DNA from: Bacteroidaceae bacterium
GTDB lineage: Bacteria > Bacteroidota > Bacteroidia > Bacteroidales > Bacteroidaceae
NCBI GenBank assembly: GCA_963667395.2
Contig: CAXXJL010000001.1
Coordinates: forward strand, 1,477,329 to 1,509,328
DNA length: 32,000 nucleotides
Direction of reading: 5' to 3'
The notes beneath the pieces were generated by a model. The model had not been told where the DNA came from. It searched no databases and worked only from the letters and a program-made list of their open reading frames with translations. Position 1 is the first letter of the stretch. Each line of letters opens with the position of its first letter. Both the position numbers and the translations under genes were made by a program. Below, piece by piece: positions 11,344 to 19,038 of the stretch.

Positions 11344-11631
11344 TTAAAACACTGTTTTGCACACAGTTATTTCTTCTTTTTTAGATGTAAGCAAAGTCAT
11401 CTTAGGTATAATGCTTGTAAAATGAGCCGAAGCCATGTGTGCTTTTAAAACCTCGGCACTCTCCCATTCTTCAACCATTATTAATGTTTGTTGATCATTC
11501 AAACCTTGAAGTAGATTATAATTCACACATCCATTTTCTTTTCTTGTTTTCTCTACTAACTCATTTGCCAATTCCAGGAATTCTTTAATCTTATCTTCCT
11601 TAGCAAAAAACTTTGCAATCACTTTAATCAT
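11344..11631 (-). CDS. Antibiotic biosynthesis monooxygenase (ABM) domain / putative quinol monooxygenase
   Basis: 95 aa; MIKVIAKFFAKEDKIKEFLELANELVEKTRKENGCVNYNL...EEWES..LKAHMASAHF. Confidence 0.85.
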   Translation of the reverse strand: MIKVIAKFFAKEDKIKEFLELANELVEKTRKENGCVNYNLLQGLNDQQTLIMVEEWESAEVLKAHMASAHFTSIIPKMTLLTSKKEEITVCKTVF

Positions 11632-11782
11632 TCTTTTTTCCTCCTATTAAAAATTCATTTATTAATAAAAAAAATACGACGTCAAAGATACAAATAGAAT
11701 TATTGTATAAGCTATATTTTATGTAACATTATTTTTAATATATAAAACCTTGATGCAAAAAAGAAAAAAACTTTCCTCTAAA

Positions 11783-11825
11783 TTTGGATATGAATATATT
11801 GTTCGTATATTTGCGAACAATATAT
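11783..11825 (+). promoter_or_regulatory. ars operon promoter with overlapping palindromic operator
   Basis: TTTG (11783-11786), N19, TATATTTG (11806-11813); the -7 box is flanked by perfect 12-bp arms atatattgttcg (11794-11805) / cgaacaatatat (11814-11825). Confidence 0.85.
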
Positions 11826-12150
11826 GGAAAAAGATAAAGATTACACAACAGAACAAGAACGGATAGCACGCTACGCTAAAGCAATGGGGCATCCCGCCCG
11901 TATAGCTATTCTGGATTTTCTAGCATCACAGGAAAGTTGCTTTTTTGGTGATATTCACGATGAATTGCCAATAGCCAAAGCTACTGTTTCACAACATCTG
12001 AAAGAACTGAAAGATGCCGGATTGATTCAAGGTGAGATTGAGGGCCCAAAAGTGCGTTATTGCATTGATAAAGAGAATTGGGCAAAGGCTCAGCAGCTAT
12101 TCGCTAAGTTCTATGATAAGAAATATGTGAAGAAAATCTGTTGCGGATAA
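11824..12150 (+). CDS. arsR: ArsR-family transcriptional regulator
   Basis: 108 aa winged HTH (AKAMGHPARIAILDFLASQ...LPIAKATVSQHLKELKDAGLI); Cys39, Cys80, Cys106, Cys107. Confidence 0.92.
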   Translation: MEKDKDYTTEQERIARYAKAMGHPARIAILDFLASQESCFFGDIHDELPIAKATVSQHLKELKDAGLIQGEIEGPKVRYCIDKENWAKAQQLFAKFYDKKYVKKICCG

Positions 12151-12164
12151 TATTTTTTTGCTTT

Positions 12165-12185
12165 TATTGTTCGTTGTTTTGCGAA
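12165..12185 (+). promoter_or_regulatory. Second, degenerate ArsR-like operator copy
   Basis: TATTGTTCGTtgtTTTGCGAA, 18/21 identical to 11797-11817. Confidence 0.5.
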
Positions 12186-12215
12186 TTACGATTAACTATT
12201 AAATAAATATTAATT

Positions 12216-12449
12216 ATGGAAATTAGAATTTTAGGAACCGGATGTTCCAAGTGTAAGACTCTTGAAAAATTAACGCGTGAGGTTGTTGAACAAAACGGTA
12301 TTGATGCCTCTATCACAAAAGTTGAAGATATTATGGATATTATGAAATATGGGGTAATGTCAACACCTGCTCTTGTAGTAAACGGAGAAGTCGTGATTAA
12401 GGGAAGAGTACCTTCAGCAGAAGAAATCAAACAAGTATTAATCAAATAA
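12216..12449 (+). CDS. Small thioredoxin-like protein
   Basis: 77 aa; MEIRILGTGCSKCKTLEKLTREVVEQ, STPALVVNG. Confidence 0.88.
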   Translation: MEIRILGTGCSKCKTLEKLTREVVEQNGIDASITKVEDIMDIMKYGVMSTPALVVNGEVVIKGRVPSAEEIKQVLIK

Positions 12450-12461
12450 AAAAAAATAATT

Positions 12462-12893
12462 ATGAGACGTATTTTAATGATCACTTTTGCCTTCTTTATA
12501 ATATTAGGAAGTTTTTCATGCAATGCACAAAACAATAAAAAACAGAACACAGCCAAAGCTGTTCCATCAAAAATAGAGGTATATTATTTCCATTTCACAC
12601 GTAGATGCATGACTTGTAATGCTGTGGAATCTGAATCTAAAAAGGCTCTTGAAAATTTATATTCGGAACAAGTAAAGAAGGGTACAATCACTTTTAAGGG
12701 AATCAATCTAGATGATAAAAGCAGTGAATTTGCCGCAAAGAAATGTCAGGCATCAGGCCAAAGTCTTCTTATAATGAGTGGAAAGAAAAGAGTGGATCTT
12801 ACTTCACAAGGCTTTATGTATGCGAAAAGCAACCCTGACAAGCTTAAACAAGAAATTAAAAAAGCGATTGATCCATTATTAACATCTAAATAA
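12462..12893 (+). CDS. Exported thioredoxin-fold-like lipoprotein
   Basis: Signal sequence with lipobox-like GSFSCNA; VYYFHFTRRCMTCNAVESES contains a CMTC motif. Confidence 0.7.
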   Translation: MRRILMITFAFFIILGSFSCNAQNNKKQNTAKAVPSKIEVYYFHFTRRCMTCNAVESESKKALENLYSEQVKKGTITFKGINLDDKSSEFAAKKCQASGQSLLIMSGKKRVDLTSQGFMYAKSNPDKLKQEIKKAIDPLLTSK

Positions 12894-12902
12894 TTTAATA
12901 AG

Positions 12903-13604
12903 ATGGATTTTCTGCAAAGTATTCTTGAAAACTCACAATACTCATTTATAACGGCAATAATTCTTGGACTGATGACAGCTATCAGTCCTTGCCCCTTGGC
13001 AACCAACATTACAGCTATAGGATTTATAAGCCGGGATATTGAAAATAGCAAGCGGGTATTTCTGAACGGACTGGTCTACACACTGGGAAGAGCTATTAGT
13101 TACACTCTTCTTGCCGTAATACTTTATTTAGGAGCCAATCAGATGAATGTATCCATGCTGTTTCAGGGATGGGGTGAAAAGATTCTAGGCCCTTTACTAA
13201 TCGTCATCGGTCTGTTTATGCTGGGTATAATAAAAATTAATTTCCCCGGATTTTCTAAACTAGCCGACAGAATTGGAGAAAACAGTAAGGGAAGTTATTG
13301 GAGTTCACTTTTACTGGGAATGATTTTTGCCTTGGCATTTTGTCCTTACAGTGGGGTTCTCTATTTCGCCATGCTGATACCTATGACTATTTCAAGCGCA
13401 AGCGGATTATATCTTCCTGTATTATTTGCCATCGCAACAGGTTTGCCGGTTATAATATTCGCCTGGCTACTGGCTTATGCTGTGGGTAATGTAGGCAAAC
13501 TGTATAATCAGATAAAGACTTTTGAACTTTGGTTCAGACGTGTTGTTGCCGTAATCTTTATTCTTGCAGGTTTTTACTATACAACTATTTTCTTTCTTAA
13601 TTAG
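12903..13604 (+). CDS. ArsG-like/CcdA-DsbD-type membrane permease
   Basis: 233 aa, multiple TM; GLMTAISPCPLATNITAIGFISRD and ALAFCPYSGVLYFAMLIP paired-Cys half motifs. Confidence 0.82.
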   Translation: MDFLQSILENSQYSFITAIILGLMTAISPCPLATNITAIGFISRDIENSKRVFLNGLVYTLGRAISYTLLAVILYLGANQMNVSMLFQGWGEKILGPLLIVIGLFMLGIIKINFPGFSKLADRIGENSKGSYWSSLLLGMIFALAFCPYSGVLYFAMLIPMTISSASGLYLPVLFAIATGLPVIIFAWLLAYAVGNVGKLYNQIKTFELWFRRVVAVIFILAGFYYTTIFFLN

Positions 13605-13615
13605 AAAACATAAGT

Positions 13616-14677
13616 ATGAAACGGAATTATTTTAGTGAAATCACCACACAGATGCTTGGAATGAACCGCAGGAATCTGATTGGACTTCTGGCTTTACTGC
13701 CTGTGTGGTACCTTATATATTATAATCTGCAACCCGTAACCGACTGGCTCATTGATTCCGTAGTCGGTATGCAGAAAGGAGATCACCTTACCGAGGCAAT
13801 CCGCTTCTTTATATTCGAAGTGCCAAAAGTGCTGATGCTCCTTGCATTGATTATCTTTGTCGTGGGCATTATCCGTACTTACTTTTCGGCAGAGCGTACG
13901 CGAAAGATGCTGGAAGGTAAATCTACCTTCACAGGCAATGTGCTGGCTTCGATGCTGGGAATAGTTACTCCTTTTTGCTCTTGCTCCGCCATCCCATTGT
14001 TTCTGGGATTTGTGGAATCGGGCGTGCCACTGGGTGTTACTTTCTCGTTTCTGATTGCTGCGCCCATGATAAATGAAGTGGCTGTAATTCTCCTCTTCGG
14101 AATGTTTGGCTGGAAGACTGCTCTTATCTATGTTATCACCGGACTAATCATTGCTATTATTGCAGGATGGGTTATCGGCAAACTGAAGTTAGAGCATTGG
14201 GTGCAGGACTGGGTGTATCAAACTCAGATAGGCAACACCGGAGATGATGAAAACAAACTGACTTTCTCTGACCGCATTCGTTTTGGCTTTACCGGAGTAA
14301 AGGAGATTGTAGGCAAAGTCTGGATTTATGTTATTATAGGTATTGCTGTAGGTGCCGGTGCACACGGTTATGTTCCAGAAGACTTTATGGTATCCTTAAT
14401 GGGCAAGTCTGCCTGGTATAGCATTCCGTTATCGGTTCTTATCGGGGTTCCGCTCTATTCTAATGCAGCCGGAATAATACCTATTGTATCTGTATTGATT
14501 GAAAAAGGGGCAGCATTGGGAACCTCACTGGCATTTATGATGGCAGTTGTGGGACTTTCGCTTCCTGAGATGATTATTCTTAAAAAAGTTTTAAAATTTC
14601 CGCTCATATTTACTTTTGTTGGAATAGTGGCTACGGGAATAATGATAATGGGATATTTGTTCAACTTGATATTTTAA
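13616..14677 (+). CDS. DUF318/ArsP-like permease (putative organoarsenical efflux)
   Basis: 353 aa; IVTPFCSCSAIPLFLGFVESGVPLGVTFSFLIAAPMINEVA signature and a second half with NAAGIIPIVSVLIEKGA. Confidence 0.82.
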   Translation: MKRNYFSEITTQMLGMNRRNLIGLLALLPVWYLIYYNLQPVTDWLIDSVVGMQKGDHLTEAIRFFIFEVPKVLMLLALIIFVVGIIRTYFSAERTRKMLEGKSTFTGNVLASMLGIVTPFCSCSAIPLFLGFVESGVPLGVTFSFLIAAPMINEVAVILLFGMFGWKTALIYVITGLIIAIIAGWVIGKLKLEHWVQDWVYQTQIGNTGDDENKLTFSDRIRFGFTGVKEIVGKVWIYVIIGIAVGAGAHGYVPEDFMVSLMGKSAWYSIPLSVLIGVPLYSNAAGIIPIVSVLIEKGAALGTSLAFMMAVVGLSLPEMIILKKVLKFPLIFTFVGIVATGIMIMGYLFNLIF

Positions 14678-14682
14678 AAGTT

Positions 14683-15099
14683 ATGAAAATATTAATATTA
14701 TGTACGGGAAATAGCTGTCGCAGTCAGATGGCTCACGGCTGGCTTCAATCGTTTGATAAATCGCTGGATGTGCATTCTGCAGGAACAGAACCTGCACCGA
14801 GAGTAAATTCAAAGGCTGTAAAGGTGATGGCGGAAGCCGGAATAGATATCAGCAACCACTTTCCTAAGAGTGTGAATCAATACCTGGACCAGGAATGGGA
14901 TTATGTAATTACGGTATGTGGAGGAGCCAACGAAAGTTGTCCTGTATTCAGCGGAAGCGTAAAGCACAGATTACACATTGGATTTGATGATCCGTCTCAC
15001 GCAACAGGTACAGATGAATTTATATGGAGCGAGTTTATCCGCGTTCGCGATGAGATTAAAAGAGGGTTTTATCAGTTTTATATTAACGAGATCTATTGA
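14683..15099 (+). CDS. arsC: Arsenate reductase (LMW phosphatase/thioredoxin-coupled class)
   Basis: MKILILCTGNSCRSQMAHGW P-loop; VITVCGGANESCPVF; FDDPSHATGT. Confidence 0.93.
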   Translation: MKILILCTGNSCRSQMAHGWLQSFDKSLDVHSAGTEPAPRVNSKAVKVMAEAGIDISNHFPKSVNQYLDQEWDYVITVCGGANESCPVFSGSVKHRLHIGFDDPSHATGTDEFIWSEFIRVRDEIKRGFYQFYINEIY

Positions 15100-15114
15100 A
15101 TTAGAGCCGCCAAT

Positions 15115-16140
15115 ATGGCAACAAATTTAGATATTCAATCATTAAAACCGGTCGTATACAGTATACCAACGGTTTCTGCCAAATTAGCTTTTTCTGATTT
15201 GACAGGTGCTTTAAAAGTGCGATTCGGCATTGGTCGGAACAATTATACTATTACGCCCGGTTTGTACAAAATTGGGAATCCTGGCAGTCAATCAGATGTG
15301 TTTGTTTCAGCTAATTATAAATTAAGCTTTGACATTCTGAGAAAGAATCTTGATTCACTGAATGCATGGATTTTGGTAGTTGATACAAAAGGTGTCAACG
15401 TTTGGTGCGCTGCAGGGAAAGGTACTTTCGGCACAGATAATATGGTAAAAAGCATTAAAAGCAGCTCATTAGAATATATTGTGAAACATCGCAGGATTAT
15501 TCTGCCACAACTTTCGGCAAGTGGTGTTGCAGCACACAAAGTAAAAGAACGAACAGGATTCAGAGCCATTTTCGGACCGGTACAGGCAAAAGATATAAAA
15601 TCATTTCTGGAAGCGGATTACAAAGCAACACCTGCCATGCGAAAAGTAACTTTCCCGATGAAAGAAAGAGGCAAACTAATTCCTGTTGATTTTATGTATT
15701 CAAGCTACAAACTACTTCTGATAATAGGCTTGTTTTTTATTTTTTCAGGTCTCGATCGCTCAGGTTTTTTATTAAAAAAAATGTTCAATACAAGCCTATT
15801 TCCATTAATCAATATTTTAGGTGGATATATTGCCGGAATAGTCGTTGCTACGTTATTTTTACCATTAATACCTTTTCGTGCATTTGCGCTGAAAGGTGCC
15901 TTTTGGGGATTAGCTTCAGCAGTTTTACTTAATAGACTATTCGACGTATCTGCCCTGGAAGGAATAAGTATGGGATTGATAAGTATTAGCATAGCATCGT
16001 TTATGACCATGAACTTTACCGGTTCATCAACCTACACTTCGCTCTCGGGTGTAAAAAAAGAAATGAAATGGGCTATCCCGTTCCAAATTACATTTATAAC
16101 ATTGGGGACAATTCTTTTCATAATTTCAAAATTAATTTGA
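15115..16140 (+). CDS. hgcA: HgcA-like corrinoid methyltransferase with C-terminal membrane domain
   Basis: 341 aa; cap-helix motif N95-VWCAAGK (Cys98, codon 15406-15408), KHRRIILPQLSASGVAAHKVKERTGFRAIFGPV, ~5 hydrophobic segments, MNFTGSSTYTSLSGVKKEM; directly followed by an HgcB-like gene. Confidence 0.85.
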   Translation: MATNLDIQSLKPVVYSIPTVSAKLAFSDLTGALKVRFGIGRNNYTITPGLYKIGNPGSQSDVFVSANYKLSFDILRKNLDSLNAWILVVDTKGVNVWCAAGKGTFGTDNMVKSIKSSSLEYIVKHRRIILPQLSASGVAAHKVKERTGFRAIFGPVQAKDIKSFLEADYKATPAMRKVTFPMKERGKLIPVDFMYSSYKLLLIIGLFFIFSGLDRSGFLLKKMFNTSLFPLINILGGYIAGIVVATLFLPLIPFRAFALKGAFWGLASAVLLNRLFDVSALEGISMGLISISIASFMTMNFTGSSTYTSLSGVKKEMKWAIPFQITFITLGTILFIISKLI

Positions 16141-16141
16141 T

Positions 16142-16444
16142 ATGAAAACAATGCAATATTTAAAGAATGTAGCTACATTAAAGCTTAACAGTAATTTATG
16201 TACCGGTTGTGGAATGTGCACTATGGTTTGCCCTCATGCTGTTTTTGAAATTAATAAGGGAAAAGCACGAATTATAGACATTAATGATTGCATGGAATGT
16301 GGAGCATGTTCTAACAATTGCCAATTTGGAGCTTTAACTGTAAAATCAGGTGTAGGGTGCGCTGCAGGGATACTCAATGGTATTTTAAAAGGGACTGAAC
16401 CTTCATGCGATTGCGGAGAAGATCGTAAAAAAGATTGTTGCTAA
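16142..16444 (+). CDS. hgcB: HgcB-like 2x[4Fe-4S] ferredoxin
   Basis: 100 aa; [12 protein letters not shown] and [11 protein letters not shown] clusters, GVGCAAGI cysteine, C-terminal CC; 1 nt after hgcA-like stop. Confidence 0.85.
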   Translation: MKTMQYLKNVATLKLNSNLCTGCGMCTMVCPHAVFEINKGKARIIDINDCMECGACSNNCQFGALTVKSGVGCAAGILNGILKGTEPSCDCGEDRKKDCC

Positions 16445-16475
16445 TCATCATTTTCAAATTATCAAATATCTATAT

Positions 16476-17522
16476 ATGGAAACAAAACTAAAATTTTTAG
16501 ACCGCTACCTCACTCTGTGGATATTCATTGCCATGTTTATCGGTGTATCTATAGGTTATTTATATCCTGGAATAGTAGACTTCTGGCATCAGTTTGAAGT
16601 TGGGACAACCAATCTTCCTTTGGCTATTGGACTGATTGTTATGATGTATCCTCCTCTGGCCAAAGTAAAATACGAAGAGCTTGGCAAAGTTTTCTCAAAT
16701 AAGAAGATATTAATAATCTCACTGTTTCTGAATTGGGTGGCAGGACCAATACTTATGTTTATTCTGGGGATTGTATTCCTTCAGAATTATCCTGAATATA
16801 TGTATGGGATAATTATGATTGGATTGGCGCGCTGTATTGCCATGGTATTGGTGTGGAACGATCTGGCCAAAGGCAGTTCGGAATATGGTGCCGGACTGGT
16901 GGCTCTCAACAGTATTTTCCAGGTATTGTTCTTCTCTTTCTATGCTTATCTCTTCATTGCTGTACTGCCCGGATATTTTGGCTTGCCTACTACAAATGCA
17001 GTAGAGAGTATTACTATTGGAGAAATAGCCCACAGTGTGTTTATCTATCTGGGCATTCCCTTCATTGCAGGTTTTTTATCAAGATACATTCTTATCCGCA
17101 TAAAAAACAAAGAATGGTATTACAGTAAATTCATTCCAAAGGTAAGTCCGTTGACGCTCATTGCTTTGTTGTTCACCATCATTGTGATGTTCTCATACAA
17201 AGGAGAATATATTGTAAAACTACCTCTTGACGTGTTACTCATTGCAGTTCCACTGATAGCTTATTTCGCCATCATGTTCTTTTTCTCATTTTGGCTGACC
17301 AAAAGATCTGGTGCCGATTATGAAAAGACCACTTCCGTAGCTTTCACTGCTTCCGGAAATAACTTCGAGCTAGCCATTGCTGTTGCAATTGCAGTATTCG
17401 GGATCAATTCCGGAGTCGCATTTGCAGCTGTTATTGGTCCATTGGTAGAGGTTCCTGTTCTTATTCTGTTGGTGAGATTTGCATTGAAACAACAAAAAAG
17501 GTTTAAGAAAACAATAATATAA
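16476..17522 (+). CDS. ACR3-family arsenite efflux transporter
   Basis: 348 aa; FNWVAGP-like [43 protein letters not shown]. Confidence 0.95.
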   Translation: METKLKFLDRYLTLWIFIAMFIGVSIGYLYPGIVDFWHQFEVGTTNLPLAIGLIVMMYPPLAKVKYEELGKVFSNKKILIISLFLNWVAGPILMFILGIVFLQNYPEYMYGIIMIGLARCIAMVLVWNDLAKGSSEYGAGLVALNSIFQVLFFSFYAYLFIAVLPGYFGLPTTNAVESITIGEIAHSVFIYLGIPFIAGFLSRYILIRIKNKEWYYSKFIPKVSPLTLIALLFTIIVMFSYKGEYIVKLPLDVLLIAVPLIAYFAIMFFFSFWLTKRSGADYEKTTSVAFTASGNNFELAIAVAIAVFGINSGVAFAAVIGPLVEVPVLILLVRFALKQQKRFKKTII

Positions 17523-17575
17523 TTTCTTATATGGAAACTGATAAATAAATTATCAGAATCTTCTCTATATAAATA

Positions 17576-17625
17576 AAAATATCCTCCTTGAATAAATATA
17601 AATATTTCAAGAAGGATATTTTATT
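17576..17625. terminator. Bidirectional terminator between ACR3 gene and tilS
   Basis: 17-bp arms with one mismatch: aaaatatcctccttgaa (17576-17592) / ttcaagaaggatatttt (17606-17622). Confidence 0.85.
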
Positions 17626-17643
17626 TTATGAAGTTTCACGCTT

Positions 17644-18930
17644 TTAGATCAAGCGCAGTAATAAAACATTTTTTGTATTTTCATCAATCCGGAAACGGTT
17701 ATCCGCACGTTCTCCTACCAGCCATGCAATCTGTTCACCGGAACACAACACATACGTATTTTCTTTCTGAAGAATAGATATTTTAGCATCTGTGAGGTAA
17801 TCACTCACTTTCTTTTTTCCTTTCATGCCAAACGGCGAAAATCGATCTCCTGCCTGCCATTTTCGAAGGGTTAGCGGATAATTGAGTTTATCGGCATCAA
17901 AACAAGCCGTTTTTTTATTTCGTGGAATCACAAAATCGGTTGTATAGAGGAACCGTTCTTCTTCTATAACAGGCTTCTCCTCCATTGTTTCTTCTGCCAA
18001 TGAAGATAACTCCTTTATCAGAAAATGTGTACGGTCTCTTACCACCATCCATGAATTGGAAAAAAACTTCCGTCCGGATTGCCTGTCGAGACTACGATAA
18101 ACATCATCTGCCTGTGCTGAATTAAAACCCAGTGGATAGAGAATCTCAAAAAGTAATGCGCGTGGAGAAGGTTCAGTCAGAAGTTTTTCTATTGAAATAC
18201 CTTCTTCAGTTATCACTCTGCCCTTTCCATCCTCAATTACTTTGTTATAGATAGCAGAAGCATCTAAAAGATGGGATGCTGTTGAGAAAAGACTTAACTT
18301 GATAGATGGATTGATAGTTTCCATCATTGGAAGAAGATTAAGGCGAATCTTGTTGCGCGTGTATTCATCCTGCAGATTGGTGCTGTCTGTCACATACTCT
18401 TGTTTCAAGTCTTCCAGATACGCAAGAATATCTTCCCGGCTAACGGTCAATAGCGGACGAACAATATGATTATTCTTTGGATGAATACCGGTAAGCCCGT
18501 TTATACCAGTTCCCCGAATCAAATTGAGCAAAAGAGTTTCCACACTATCATCCCGGTGATGCGCCACTGCTACCACATCGATATTCAACTCATTGCGTAG
18601 TTTTTCAAACCAGTTATAACGAAGATCGCGGGCTGCCATTTCAATGGAAATATGATGCTTAACCGCATAGTCATTGGTCTCGAAATGAATAACATGAAGA
18701 GGAACACTTAGTTCCTCACAAAGATTACGGACAAAAACTTCATCCCTATCTGATTCCTCACCTCGTAAATGAAAATTACAATGAGCCGCCTCACAGTAAT
18801 AGCCCATATAAACCATCACACGAAGCAAAGCAACCGAATCGGCTCCTCCACTCAAAGCTACCAGGACTTTATCTTTCAGTCCGAAAAGCTTTTCCTTTTC
18901 AATATATTGAGCAATCTGAAGATGAAACAT
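17644..18930 (-). CDS. tilS: tRNA(Ile)-lysidine synthase
   Basis: 428 aa; [52 protein letters not shown]. Confidence 0.95.
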   Translation of the reverse strand: MFHLQIAQYIEKEKLFGLKDKVLVALSGGADSVALLRVMVYMGYYCEAAHCNFHLRGEESDRDEVFVRNLCEELSVPLHVIHFETNDYAVKHHISIEMAARDLRYNWFEKLRNELNIDVVAVAHHRDDSVETLLLNLIRGTGINGLTGIHPKNNHIVRPLLTVSREDILAYLEDLKQEYVTDSTNLQDEYTRNKIRLNLLPMMETINPSIKLSLFSTASHLLDASAIYNKVIEDGKGRVITEEGISIEKLLTEPSPRALLFEILYPLGFNSAQADDVYRSLDRQSGRKFFSNSWMVVRDRTHFLIKELSSLAEETMEEKPVIEEERFLYTTDFVIPRNKKTACFDADKLNYPLTLRKWQAGDRFSPFGMKGKKKVSDYLTDAKISILQKENTYVLCSGEQIAWLVGERADNRFRIDENTKNVLLLRLI

Positions 18931-18997
18931 ATTACAAAGGTAAGAGTTTTAATGGAGAATCGGACCTACTTCCTCTATTTAAAAACAATCTAAACAA

Positions 18998-19029
18998 TTT
19001 GCTCACTCGGGTATTATACTCTATCTTTG
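18998..19029 (+). promoter_or_regulatory. feoAB promoter
   Basis: TTTG (18998-19001), N20, TATCTTTG (19022-19029). Confidence 0.75.
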
Positions 19030-19038
19030 CATAAAATA

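Noticed and set aside
12164-12556. 130-aa minus-strand ORF across the ars operon start
   Set aside because: Spans the intergenic region, the thioredoxin-like gene and the start of the lipoprotein gene antisense; no family resemblance.
15115-16140. Possibility that the HgcA-like protein is an ordinary acetyl-CoA synthase corrinoid subunit (CdhD)
   Set aside because: Size (341 aa), NVWCAAGK cap motif, C-terminal membrane domain and adjacent HgcB-like ferredoxin fit HgcA; no other Wood-Ljungdahl genes are present in the window.
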